Below, piece by piece: positions 1 to 11,481 of a stretch of DNA of 64,000 bases. The notes beneath the pieces are model-generated. The model saw nothing but the letters and a program-made list of their open reading frames with translations, was not told where the DNA came from and did not search any database. A program made the translations under genes and the position numbers. Position 1 is the first letter of the stretch. Every line of letters starts with the position of its first letter. This DNA comes from Macrostomum lignano (lineage: Eukaryota): positions 186,001 to 250,000 of the forward strand of contig NIVC01000827.1 of NCBI GenBank assembly GCA_002269645.1. The letters run 5' to 3'.

Positions 1-72
1 TCATGGCGGTGTTTGTCATTGAAGTCCGAGTTGGAAAAGGAAGCGAATGGAGCAGATCCGGGATGCACTCAC

Positions 73-599
73 CGATCCAGTAGTTTCCGTCGGGTCCCTC
101 GCCGAACTCGCTCTGGTACTGAGTCCAGTTGCGGTAAAAGTCCACTGAGCCGGACACCCTGTGCTGCACGGTGGTCCAGCAGTCTTTGCCGGCTGTCTGC
201 AAGGTGACACAACAGGTGTGTCAGCTTTTATGCTCTGCGTAAAAGCGTGGCTGTGATGCCGACACATCTAACAGAGTGACTCACCCACACTCGATGAGCT
301 CCCTTATTCGCATTGCGGCACTTCCTGCAGTGGCTCAGACCCAGACGACACCTGAAGTGAGCACACAGGCCGGAGCTGGCGTTGAATGCCACCAGGTGTA
401 CAGCGGAGTCGCTGCTAGCAGCAGCTGAGCACTCGATTTCGGACTCAATGGAGAGCGACCTCACGGCCTCGTAGTCGGAGAGGCTCTCGCGACTGGAATG
501 CCACTTCTGCACAGAGAAGGCAGCTTCGGTCACGTGACGCGGGACTGCAGCGAGCAGCAGCAGCAGCAGAGCAACTTGGCGAGCGGGTTGGAGCTGCAT
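73..599 (-). CDS. Secreted PAN-like + fibrinogen-related domain (FReD) protein, copy 1 (exon 1 599-285, exon 2 196-73; exon 3 lies beyond the window start)
   Basis: Signal-like [19 protein letters not shown]; exon 2 encodes [36 protein letters not shown], the canonical FBG motif; GT-AG sites match copies 2 and 4. Confidence 0.85.
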
Positions 600-2837
600 T
601 TGATCTGGATATGGAGTAGTGGGTGAGAGCTGTCATCGCACTTCGGAGTTTCAGGTCTGGTGAGATAATACTTGTAGAGAGAGACCGGGGGATGCAGAGG
701 GCGCAGGCCCAGTTTATGCCATATGCTCAGCAGACTTACCTGCTAAGCTGACTCTGCTGTAATTTCTCTGAATTCGGAAAAATCTGTCCGCAGTTACACA
801 CCAGACAGACGCTGCAAGCCAATATAAAAGCCCCGAGTCAGAAATATACAACAGCTGCGGTCGCCATGGCAACCAGGCAGCTACAGCTTTTAACAAGGGA
901 TGCCTCTCTTAGAGGCTGTTGTGATGGATCCACGCTTGCATCACACTACTACTGCTGGGGGTAAGAATTTACAAATTTATTTTGATTTGTTGGTCATATC
1001 TCATGAACTGAAGTAAATGAGTCACTTAAGCCGTACTTCTTGACTATTTAACAATCGCTCAACAGCCTAAAACTCTCCACAAAAAAAGTCCCACACGAAT
1101 TTCCATTAGCCAAAAACAAAAGCCTTGACATTTTAGGAATGTCTTAGAAAGTTAGGACGGTCAGGACATCTTAGAAAGCCCCCATAATTCTTTTATGGAA
1201 GACATGGCGATTACTCTATGGTGGAACTCTGACCCTAACCCCAAAACTGACCCTTAACCCTAATCATAATACCATGGGTGAGTCTTTGCATTTTAGCAAT
1301 TCCCCCATGAGCTTTGAGCCTCAACTTCTCAGCAGCTTTCTGGTTATCCGAAATCTAAACACAATTCCCCCGTAAGCCTTGACCTGTCAGCAATTCACAT
1401 GAGCACGGTCAACTCATGAGCATTGACATCTCAGCAGCTCCCCCTTGAGCCACAGCATTTCGCAGGGCAGTCCCCCTCGACGTCGATTCCGGTCAGAGAA
1501 CAGTGATATGCGAAATATCGGAGAGCTTATCAGACCATTAAGCGTTTATAATGATTAGCTAAATGTGCTTAACGATTAGCAGAATACTTTAATTTCAACA
1601 TACGACAGATTCTCCACTTTGCAGCGTCCACAAAAACTGAACGGATTGGGAAAACTTTTAGTCAGCCCCGTCTGGATCGGTGTAAAATGTCCGAGTCTGC
1701 AGTTGCCAAGATCAATGTTTGCTTGCAGCGCCAACCCGATGCCGGATGCCAACTCTCACAGGTAAAGCAGCTGCTAGATGTTAGATTGCTTTTTTCACTT
1801 TTACAACTGGGTCTGACTTTTTGCACAATTTCATCTACGATTCTGTACACAATACTGCATGGGTGTCAACTGCAGCATCCAGATCAGGTTCCACTAAGTA
1901 AATTTAGATTGTGGAAATCGACAAACATTGGAGAATAAAAAAATAATATTGGATATACTATTTTCTAGGAAGCCTTGCAAAGTTTGCATGCCTATGGCAA
2001 TAGTGTAATAATATCATTTCGTGAAGGTTTTGCGGGAGTTTTTCACACGTTTTTCAACATAAAAAACGATGAAGCTGCTTTGAGCTGTCACGAATGTTGT
2101 TTTTTGGCATCCATTTTTATTAAAATCACTAAATCAGGGATGCCACGCACCCTGGCGCACTTTAGGCGACAATGCCCAAAATTTCTCTTAATGGCAATGA
2201 CCAGCCATTGCCTAGAATTCCAATTTTAATGCAACCAATTAATTGAAGCCAAGTGTTTATCCAGCATCTGGCAAAGCGTATCGAGCCTCCTCCGAAACAC
2301 AATTCAATTCGTCCTAGGTCACGTGGCCCATCTCATTGCAGGGCTAATGTCCATCTTTGCAGCCGTCGTACGTCCATGTAATTAGTTTAGGGATGGCTGC
2401 AGAGCAAGGGGTGGGTGACTCTGGTAACCTTTTCCTTAAACCCCCTAATCAGCATCGACTGATAAGAATTCACGACAGCGTACATAAAGTGCGTACATTA
2501 CGTAAGGAAAAGGAATCAGTGTGTTGAAATGTTAAGCAATACGGGCTGGGTGCAAAGGGGGGAAAAAGAATCAATGGTCGGGTGTGTACATTCAGATTCT
2601 CTGACCCTGTCTGACTGGCAGTGACTCAGCTAACTCATTAATTTGAGCACTATAAGCGTATTTTACTCTACCAGTAACTAAAAGCTCGTGACTTCTCGAC
2701 TATGCGCCAAAAAAATTGTATTAAAAGGTTTTTCTTTATAATAGCCGCGTTGTAGGCAAATAGCAGCAGGCTAAGCATAAGGTTGACAGTTGAGTGTGTA
2801 TTGAAGCAGAAGATTGATCTGTGGCGAGTAGCGAGTA

Positions 2838-4000
2838 GTGCTAATCTGGGGGGGGGAGAAGTGCTAATCTGGGGGGGGGGAGAAGTGCTAATCTGGGGGG
2901 GGGGAGAAGTGCTAATCTGGGGGGGGGGAGAAGTGCTAATCTGGGGGGGGGGGAGAAGTGCTAATCTGGGGGGGGGAGAAGTGCTAATCTGGGGGGGGGG
3001 AGAAGTGCTAATCTGGGGGGGAGAAGTGCTAATCTGGGGGGGGGGAGAAGTGCTAATCTGGGGGGGAGAAGTGCTAATCTGGGGGGGGAGAAGTGCTAAT
3101 CTGGGGGGGGGAAGTGCTAATCTGAGGGAGTAATGCTAATCTGGTGGAGTAATGCTAATCCGGGGGGGGTGAGAAGTGCTAATCTGGGGGGGGAGAAGTG
3201 CTAATCTGGGGGAGTAATGATAATCTGGTGGAGTAGTGCTAATCCGGGGGGTGAGAAGTGCTAATCTGGGGGGGGGAGAAGTGCTAATCTGGGGGAGTAA
3301 TGATAATTTGGTGGAGTAATGCTAATCCGGGGGGGGTGAGAAGTGCTAATCTGGGGGGGGGGAGAAGTGCTAATCTGAGGGAGTAATGCTAATCTGGTGG
3401 AGTAATGCTAATCCGGGGGGGTGAGAAGTGCTAATCTGGGGGAGTAATGATAATCTGGTGGAGTAGTGCTAATCCGGGGGGTGAGAAGTGCTAATCTGGG
3501 GGGGGGAGAAGTGCTAATCTGGGGGAGTAATGATAATCTGGTGGAGTAGTGCTAATCCGGGGGGGTGAGAAGTGCTAATCTGGGGGGGGGGAGAAGTGCT
3601 AATCTGGGGGAGTAATGATAATTTGGTGGAGTAATGCTAATCCGGGGGGGTGAGAAGTGCTAATCTGGGGGGGGGGAGAAGTGCTAATCTGAGGGAGTAA
3701 TGCTAATCTGGTGGAGTAATGCTAATCCGGGGGGGGTGAGAAGTGCTAATCTGGGGGAGTAATGATAATCTGGTGGAGTAGTGCTAATCCGGGGGGGTGA
3801 GAAGTGCTAATCTGGGGGGGGGGAGAAGTGCTAATCTGGGGGAGTAATGCTAATCTGGTGGAGTAATGCTAATCCGGGGGGGTGAGAAGTGCTAATCTGG
3901 GGGGGGGGAGAAGTGCTAATCTGGGGGAGTAATGATAATCTGGTGGAGTGGTGCTAATCCGGGGGGTGAGAAGTGCTAATCTGGGGGAGGAATGCTAATC
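2838..4000. repeat. G-rich minisatellite, ~20-24 bp unit GAGAAGTGCTAATCT(G)n, with higher-order variant blocks
   Basis: Directly visible tandem units; variant subunits GGAGTAATGCTAATC and GGTGGAGT recur in order after ~3110. Confidence 0.95.
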
Positions 4001-4080
4001 AAAGAAGATTGCAAATCAAACTGTAATTTCAAGTTGAAAACATTTCAAATGCTCAGGGATTGTGCGAAACAGTGCAGGTG

Positions 4081-4180
4081 AACCATTGCTAAACTGCTGG
4101 TAAACCATTGCTAAACTGCTGGTCAACATTTACTAAACTGCTGGTGAACCATTGCAAAACTGTTCGTGAACCATTGCAAA
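4081..4180. repeat. Short 22-bp tandem repeat AACCATTGCTAAACTGCTGGTA (~4-5 degenerate copies)
   Basis: Visible period-22 repeat. Confidence 0.8.
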
Positions 4181-4696
4181 TTTTAAGCTTTTTTTAAAGA
4201 GAAAAAGACTCAATGAAAGACAGAACGAAAAAATAAACACCGTGTCAACCAAAAAAGAAGCGCCCGGTCGAAGGGTCTGCATATCAAAGTGTGTCAAACG
4301 TTTGAACAGCATTGCAAATGGCAAAGTGGCCTTGCTTTAAGACTTGACTTAGTCGTTGAATTCAAATGAACTCAAATTCCAACTGCTCATGATGGATGCG
4401 AGCATACGAGTATCCGAGACAAAGAACCATGCAAAGTGTTGGAGTTGTTCCCTGTTTCCCAAACTTTTAAAGGCCATTCCCTGCAGAATTTTTCAGGAAG
4501 GAAATTAAAATCGAAGTCCATCGCCTTTTAATGCAGAGGACACTTTGTCCTGTGTATTTTTACTATCAGAATCGAGCGCTTCATCTGACGGTTTCTGCTT
4601 GCGTTGGAACAAAATATTTCAATTTGGACCAATTTTTTTTAGGATGTCATGTTGCTTCAAAACTTCCTGATCTTCTGCGCCATCATGCTGGTGCTG

Positions 4697-5760
4697 CTAC
4701 AGAAGCAGCATCTCGATCTCCTTCAGCGAGTAGTAGTAGCCAAAATTGAAACTCCAAATAACTCCTTGTGCATAAACACCTCCGATGGTAACAGATGCAT
4801 CTCTGTACTCTCCGTTTGGGAGGGTTAGGTGACAGCTCTTAAACCACCAGGCACCTTTATACATTGTTGCGCAGTTGCCAGTGCTGGTGTCGTGATCGGC
4901 GTCCTTCGTGCTGAACTGCATGCCGTTGCTCCAGGGAGCGAGACTGTCGCCGATGCCGGCGCTGCCGGAGAAGCCGGTAGTTGTCCGACTCGGGACCCAC
5001 GGAGAAGCTGGAGTACTCAGCCCAGTGCTCAGAGTCGTTCCAAGCCTTCATCAGGACCCTCAGCTTCCGAGGACCAGAAGCAGTGAGAGCGTGGAGAGAG
5101 TTCAGGCCTGGGAAGATGCGGACGTCATGGCGGTGTTTGTCATTGACAAAAGGAAGCAATTGAGTTGGAAAAGGAAGCGAATAGAGCAGATCCGGGATGC
5201 ACTCACCGATCCAGTAGTTTCCGTCGGGTCCCTCGCCGAACTCGCTCTGGTACTGAGTCCAGTTGCGGTAAAAGTCCACTGAGCCGGACACCCTGTGATG
5301 CACGGTGGTCCAGCAGTCACTGCTGACGGTCTGCAAGGTGACACAACAGGTGTGTCAGCTTTTATGCTCTGCGTAAAAGCGTGGCTGTGATGCTGACACA
5401 TCTAACAGAGTGACTCACCCACACTCGCTGAGCTCCCTTGTTCGCATTGCGGCACTTCCTGCAGTGGCTCAGGCCCAGGCGATACCTGAAGTGAGCGCAC
5501 AGGCCGGAGCTGGCGTTGAATGTCACCAGGTGTACAGCGGAGTCGCTGCTAGCAGCAGCTGAGCACTCGATTTCGGACTCAACGGAGAGCGACCTCACGG
5601 CCTCGTAGTCGGAGAGGCTCTCGCGACTGGAATGCCACAGCTGCCCAGAGGAGGTGGCTTTGGTCACGTGACGCACGACTGCAGCCAGTAGCAGCAGCAG
5701 TAGAGCGACTTGACGAGCGGGTCGATGAATGTCGCTGGAAAATGGGTACTGCTGCATCAC
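4697..5760 (-). pseudogene. FReD copy 2 (exons 5760-5419, 5330-5207, 5107-4697), frameshifted by a 14-bp deletion in exon 3
   Basis: Same exon structure as copy 4; the FBG frame is split between ORFs 4857-5336 and 4697-4921; copies 3 and 4 carry 14 extra bp at the AGCCGG site (4972-4977). Confidence 0.85.
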
Positions 5761-5870
5761 ACCGACGCATGACTTAGCTTTTTCATAAAACTATTTGTCG
5801 GTGTAATGCAGAAGTACGATGGGTACTTTAAATTACCCTGCATTTTCCATCAACGCCGGGTAACGTCGGC

Positions 5871-5901
5871 TGACCTCGGAATGTTTCACATTCCGAGGTC
5901 A
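5871..5901. other. Perfect 14-bp inverted repeat with 3-nt loop
   Basis: TGACCTCGGAATGT-ttc-ACATTCCGAGGTCA. Confidence 0.9.
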
Positions 5902-6515
5902 ATCAGGTGTAAGTTTACTCTGCCAACCCACAGGCGGCACACGGCGAAGTCGTTGGAGCTGCGCTATGCGAGACCAAACGGCGCCCAAAGTGCATCGGCC
6001 GTTGCCGCCAGCCAAGCGGCGTCTGTCGCTAACAGGGCCTACCAGTTCCAGCCCAGAGAGTCGTCAAACCGCGAATGGCAGCACACGCAGAGCTTCTCCT
6101 GGCATCAGGCTTAGCTTTGCTGGCATTTAAAACTCGTGTGCACATTTTATTGGAGGCCTGTGCATGGCCAACAGGGGTTGGACGACGCAATGCTCTCAAC
6201 TCGTTCTGCTGATTTTTGCTGTAAAATGCATTCGCAATGCATGTAGGAAGTTTTCTGTTTTTTAGCACAAATTCGCAATATCTCACCTCAGGACTTTCGA
6301 ATTATGCTGGGTGCACCAACCAAATCCGCAAAACAGCGATCCTATTTTTAATGGTTAAATTGTAACTGTGGCAAACCTTTGATAAGACCCGATAGGTAAT
6401 CTAACTAAGCATGATTATCAAAAATTTGAGCCATTTCGTTTGCACAACTTTGGGCAAAACTGGTCCAGAGATAATCTCCCTGAGTATTGGGAAAAATAAG
6501 TTTGGCCTCTTTTCT

Positions 6516-6698
6516 TGTGTGTAGCTTGTGTGCACTAGTATCGCTTTTCATCGACTCTTTAGTTTCGTGTACTTCATGCAGTGTACACTACCCTTCTATG
6601 TACATTGGCGTCTCGATAATATATATTGGCTTGATTACCCAGACTCTGGGTGTAAGAGTTTTCGTACCTAGAAACATGACTTGGCATTTATCATAACA
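6516..6698 (+). repeat. 5' LTR
   Basis: 183 bp; 14 mismatches and no indels versus 9782-9964. Confidence 0.95.
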
Positions 6699-6740
6699 GG
6701 CGTCGCAATTCTAAACTACCTCGTATCCAGTCTGGCAAGC

Positions 6741-7530
6741 ATGGAAGGATTGAGGCCGCCAGAGCCTATGGCTTTTGACACCAATAGGGCAGACAATTGG
6801 AGAAAGTGGATCAAATCGTTCGATTTTTATAGGAAAACTACGAAGAGAACTGAAGAAAGCAACGATGTGAAGATCGCCATTCTGCTAACCGCCCTGGGAT
6901 CCGACGGTCAAGATATCTCCTCCACGTGTCATGCAGACAAGGTAGCTACTTACGACAAAGTAGTCGAGGCATTCAAAGACTACTGCGAGCCTCTGTCAAA
7001 CGAAACATTTGAGCGCTACCAGCTCCGGACAAAAGTGCAAGGAGATGCTGAGGACTTTGACCAGTTTGTCAGCTCCCTCCGTCAGATCATCAAACGCTGC
7101 AATTATACTCGTAGCAAGCCAGCCGACGAGGAGACCATCGAGAACAGCGTCCTTCGAGACCAGATCGTCATCGGAGTCAACGACCCAGCTCTGAGGGAAA
7201 GATTTCTGCGAGAGACGAAGCTGACTTTGGATCGCGCCATCCAGATGGGTCGAGTATCCGAGACTTCGAAGTGGCAGGCTCGGACCCTGGCAACTGCTCA
7301 GATCAGCCGAGCGGCGCCTGCAGCCGTGCCAGCGTCTGTCGATGCCGTGAAAAACCGAGCCAAAGCGACAGTCGGCCACGCCAGATCGGCTCGAAGCTGC
7401 GGATTCTGCGGACAGCAGCATGAGCAACGAAGTGCCCGGCCTTTGGTAAGACCTGCAATAATTGTGGTCGCACGAATCATTTTTCGTCCGTGTGCCGCTC
7501 AGCGAGCTGGCGGAGGACTCCAAGGCTGAC
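6741..7530 (+). pseudogene. Gypsy gag, frameshifted in the CCHC region
   Basis: MEGLRPPEP...NWRKW...LRDQIVIGVND..LRERFLRE..LTLDRAI; CGFCGQQH, with the next knuckle in another frame. Confidence 0.85.
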
Positions 7531-7599
7531 TGTGCTCGCGATGCTCCGGCAGCAGCAATCATGACGGTGGAGAACCCGAATGCTCGCCAGCCCAAGCTG

Positions 7600-9523
7600 C
7601 AGACTGATGCCTCGTCGATGATGGTTTGCCTGTCAGTCACCGACTCCGGAAGAAAGCCGCACTTCAAGGTAGACACTGGGGCGGATGTTAATGTGATTCC
7701 TCTGAGACAGCTGACCCAGCTCGCCCAGCAGCGGCAGTTGAGCCTACGTCCTGGACACTGACCACCTACGATAAGCAGTTTTTTGGACGTGGTCGGCACA
7801 ACATACCCGACAGTGTCATCGCCCTGCCGTAAGAATGTCAGACTTCAGTTTGTAGTCATCGGCGAGAACTCTACACCGATTATCGGCTGGAAATCAGCAA
7901 TCGAGGAGCTACGAGCTATTTGTTGTGCAGAGCCAGAGCAGCAGCATCAGCAAAGTGCAAAAACAGCAGGTGTCAGAACTCACAGCCTCTCAGTTGAAAG
8001 CCGCATACCCTGAAGTATTCAACGGCATTGGCTGCATGAAGCAACCGTACACCATCCAGCTCGCTGACAACGCCGCTCCAAAAGTGCAGCCTCCTCGAAA
8101 GGTGCCGTTCGCTGCGTATCAACCACTTAAATGTGAGTTCAAGAGACTGGAGAAAGAAGGTACCATTGTGCGAGTTGATGAGCCGACACAATGGGTCTCC
8201 AATGGGACCATCGTGTGGAAGAAGGACGAATCCATGCGGCTGTGCCTGGATCCGACATACCTGATTGGTTCATCGTCGTGAGTACCATCCAATTCCGACG
8301 GCCGAGGAAGTGCGAGCTGCGACCGCTGGAGCCATCCTGTACAGCTCGTTCGATGCGAACGAGAGCTTTAATCAGCTGAAACTGATGAAAGTTCTTTCCT
8401 GACAACATTCCCCACTCCGTTTGGCCGGTATCGCTGGAAGCGCGTGCCGTACGGTCTCTCGTCGATCCCGGAGGTCTTCCAGAAAAGAATGGAAGAGAAC
8501 GTCACCAACCACGTGAAGAACACCAAGAACTTCTTTGACGACATCATCGTTTGGGAGACTCTGATAACCTGATGCAGTCGAAGGAGACTCTGATGACCGT
8601 TGAAATGCCTGAGTTCCCGTTTCAAGTTTGCTCTACCGACCTGTTCGAGTACCGCGGTGCAACCTGTCTGGTGTACGTGGACGCCTACAGCCACTGGATG
8701 AGTGTCACCCAACTGCGCTCGATTACCAGCACGGCCGTGGTGCAGGTGCTCCAAGACCATTTCCAGAACTTCGGTCTGCCTGAGAAGCTCATCAGCGATA
8801 ACGGTCGGCAGTTCTCAGCCAAGGAATTCCGCCAGTTCATCAAAAGATTTCAAGTGGAGCACAGCACTTCGAGTCCAACCTACCCGCAATCGAACGGCAG
8901 AGCAGAGCGATATGTGCAGACAGCCAAGAATATGATGAGGAAGTGTCAGAAGACAGAGCCTGGCCATGGCCCTTCTGCACTATCGCAACACGCCAGTCGG
9001 TAGCAGCTTTCCAAGTCCCGCAGACATGGCATTCGGCCGCAAACTCCGGTGCGATTTGCCTACAGCAGTGCAGGATCTGCGGCCTCGGGAGACCCACGTG
9101 CACGCCAGCATTTAAGCTTTTGAGAAGCAACGGACCCAAGCAGCTCAACTCTACAATCGCGGTGCCCGCGCACTGCCGCGCTTGAAGGTCGGCAAACCGG
9201 TCTGGTTTCAATGCGTTCGTCGAGATTGGGCGGCTGCCAAGGTAGACGACGAAGTTGACGGCAGTCCAAGGTCCTACTGGCTTCGCACTGAGTCGGGACA
9301 GCTGCTCAGGCGCAATCGTCGGTTCATCCGGCCTCGTCAAATTGGCGTTCCGTTCCACGAGAGCTACCTGGAGGTCGGCGAGGATGGCGAGATGAAACTG
9401 GATGTGCAGCCGGCACCTGTGCAGCCTGACCAGACAGAGGGCTCCGGTTCGGAGCAGCCTGGATGCCGAACCAGACGAGGTCGACTCGTACAGCAGCCAA
9501 AGCGATACCAGGCCTCGTGGTGA
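7600..9523 (+). pseudogene. Gypsy pol remnants (protease, partial RT, integrase core), multiple frameshifts, RNase H missing
   Basis: Motifs spread over ORFs 7462-7761, 7925-8281, 8551-9003 and 9182-9523. Confidence 0.85.
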
Positions 9524-9781
9524 ACCAACCCAGTGAACTGATTATTGATTGTGTTGACTGTATTGACTGTAATGGCGTATTTTCTTGAATGCTAAATATG
9601 ACAAACTAATTATTGGTATGTTATTGGTATGTCCCTTGTTTTAATCCTGCTTTTGCTACAAATATTTAATTGTTATTTCGTGCGACTTTGTGCAATCCAA
9701 AACCAAGTATTTTATTTTAATGTTCCGTTACTTTTACTATTCGAACTCGTACTATTATCGTTAACTAATGGTGGGAGGTGC

Positions 9782-9964
9782 TGTGTGTGGCTTATGTATA
9801 CTAGTATCACTTTTCATCGACTCTTTAGTTTCGTGTACTTCATGCAGTGTACACTGCCCTTCTATGTACATTGGTGTCTCGATATTATATATTGGCTTGA
9901 TTACCCAGTGTCTGGGTGTAAGCGTTTTCGTAGCTTGAAACGTGACTTGGCATTTATCATAACA
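9782..9964 (+). repeat. 3' LTR
   Basis: Match to 6516-6698; preceded by AATGGTGGGAGGTGC. Confidence 0.95.
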
Positions 9965-11481
9965 TTCTTCAAGCCCTGCGTGGAGCGTCAGCAAGCGAGC
10001 TGAAGACACTGGAGATGCTTTTCGAGCTAAAACAGCCGAATTGATGGGAAAGCTGCATTGGGGATCAGTTTAAAAGGCGTGCAGCAGATTTTGATCGCAA
10101 TAACATACTTTATTCACAAGCTTGTCGAGAAAATTCTGCTTGAAAAAGAAGCATAGCGACAGGCGCTCCAAATACTAAACCAATTTTGCAGACTTTGAAT
10201 TTTTCCATAGGTTTTTGAAAGAGACAATATTCAGAACTGAGATGCTATACGAATTTATCGCTAAAAACTGGAAACTTCCAGTGTCGGCAATGCATTTCGC
10301 TGCGAGAGCGGTTGAGATTCAGCTTTCCATGGGCCTATGTTGTTGCTAAGTAAATTGGAGTTTTGCCTTCTCAAATTATGACTAGCAAAAAATCATTATG
10401 CAAAAGTAGATAATTTCGAATTTAGACTCAATGTTTTTGACGAAATATTTACACGCCTGCTCAATTCCGAGCCGATATGCGTGTCTGGAAGAACTGGAAG
10501 CTTCCGTATAAATCTATGAATATAGCCGTTCGATTGGCTCTTCTTGCTTGCTCTTGTTCTTTGCAGCTGTCTCCTGGCACCTATTTCTCGCCTAGTGGTT
10601 GCCTAGTGGTCGGACTCACTACGTACTCAAGCGTCGGGGTTTGACTCGGAACGATTTGCGCCCCTGACAAACTATATCTCAAAAGCACTAAACTAACCTG
10701 TTGCTAGGGGGGGGGGTCGGCTCTGCCCTTGCAGGGGTGGCGGAGTGGGGATTTGAACGCAACTGGTTGCGTTGGATGCAGCCCTCCCCTTTTCCAAGCC
10801 TCTGCCCTCACAGTAAATTCAGTCCCTCCCCGTCAACGGGGCATTCTTCTGTTCATCTCCAGGAAGGGCCTCTCCAGCTGTTTTCAGCTTGTCCCCCGGC
10901 CGGTCTGATCTCGTCTCGTTGCCAGAGGGTGCGCGGCCGTTGTTGATCTGCTGTTTTTCCGCGGGCCTGCCCTCCGACCCGGCTCTGGTCGGTGTGCTCT
11001 GCGACGGGCTGGCTGGCTGAAATGATGGAGCGCGCGGGCTCAGGACGTGTCTCATAGCTCATGAGTTTTAACTCTTATAATGATAGCTCTGCTCCTTAAT
11101 ATACGAATTCAGTACAGCTGCAGGCCAATGCATTCCTTGCCTCTGCTGTGTGTCACGCAAACGAATTGTTTCACCGGAAACCTGATGAAAATAAACTTAA
11201 ACCAGCAGCAGTTTATTTAGCAGGGCACAGGCTAATTCTGTGCTGCAGGCAGAGCCATGGACAACAGCCTTAAGTTGAATGCTTAACATCAGTGGGAATT
11301 CAGTACCGTGTATTTTCTCTATCAGTACCGAGCGCTTCATCTCACAGGTTTCTTTTGCGTTACAAAAAATGTTTCAGTTTGAACAAGTTTTCAAATTTTC
11401 AAAGTTGTTTAAAAACTGCTTGGGCGCTCGATTTTGCAAGTGTAAGCGGCAGAAATCTTCTGTGCCATCATGCTGGTGCTG

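Larger units (their letters stand above)
6516..9964 (+). mobile_element. Decayed, internally deleted Ty3/Gypsy (Mag-like) LTR retrotransposon
   Basis: Two 183-bp TG...CA LTRs, 4-bp TSD TTCT (6512-6515 / 9965-9968), purine-rich tract before the 3' LTR; gag with CCHC knuckles, protease VDTGADVNVIP, RT fragments (RLCLDP...FDDII), integrase core (TDLF...SDNGRQF...SNGRAE). Confidence 0.95.

Noticed and set aside
1225-1270. Telomere-like CCCTAA words
   Set aside because: Only two or three imperfect units; more likely part of a decayed repeat.
10595-10810. tRNA or SINE-like motifs (A/B-box-like at 10599-10648; GTTCAAATCC on the minus strand near 10745-10765)
   Set aside because: No cloverleaf can be completed because the T and D stems fail; at most a decayed SINE head. 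tRNAscan-SE would settle it.
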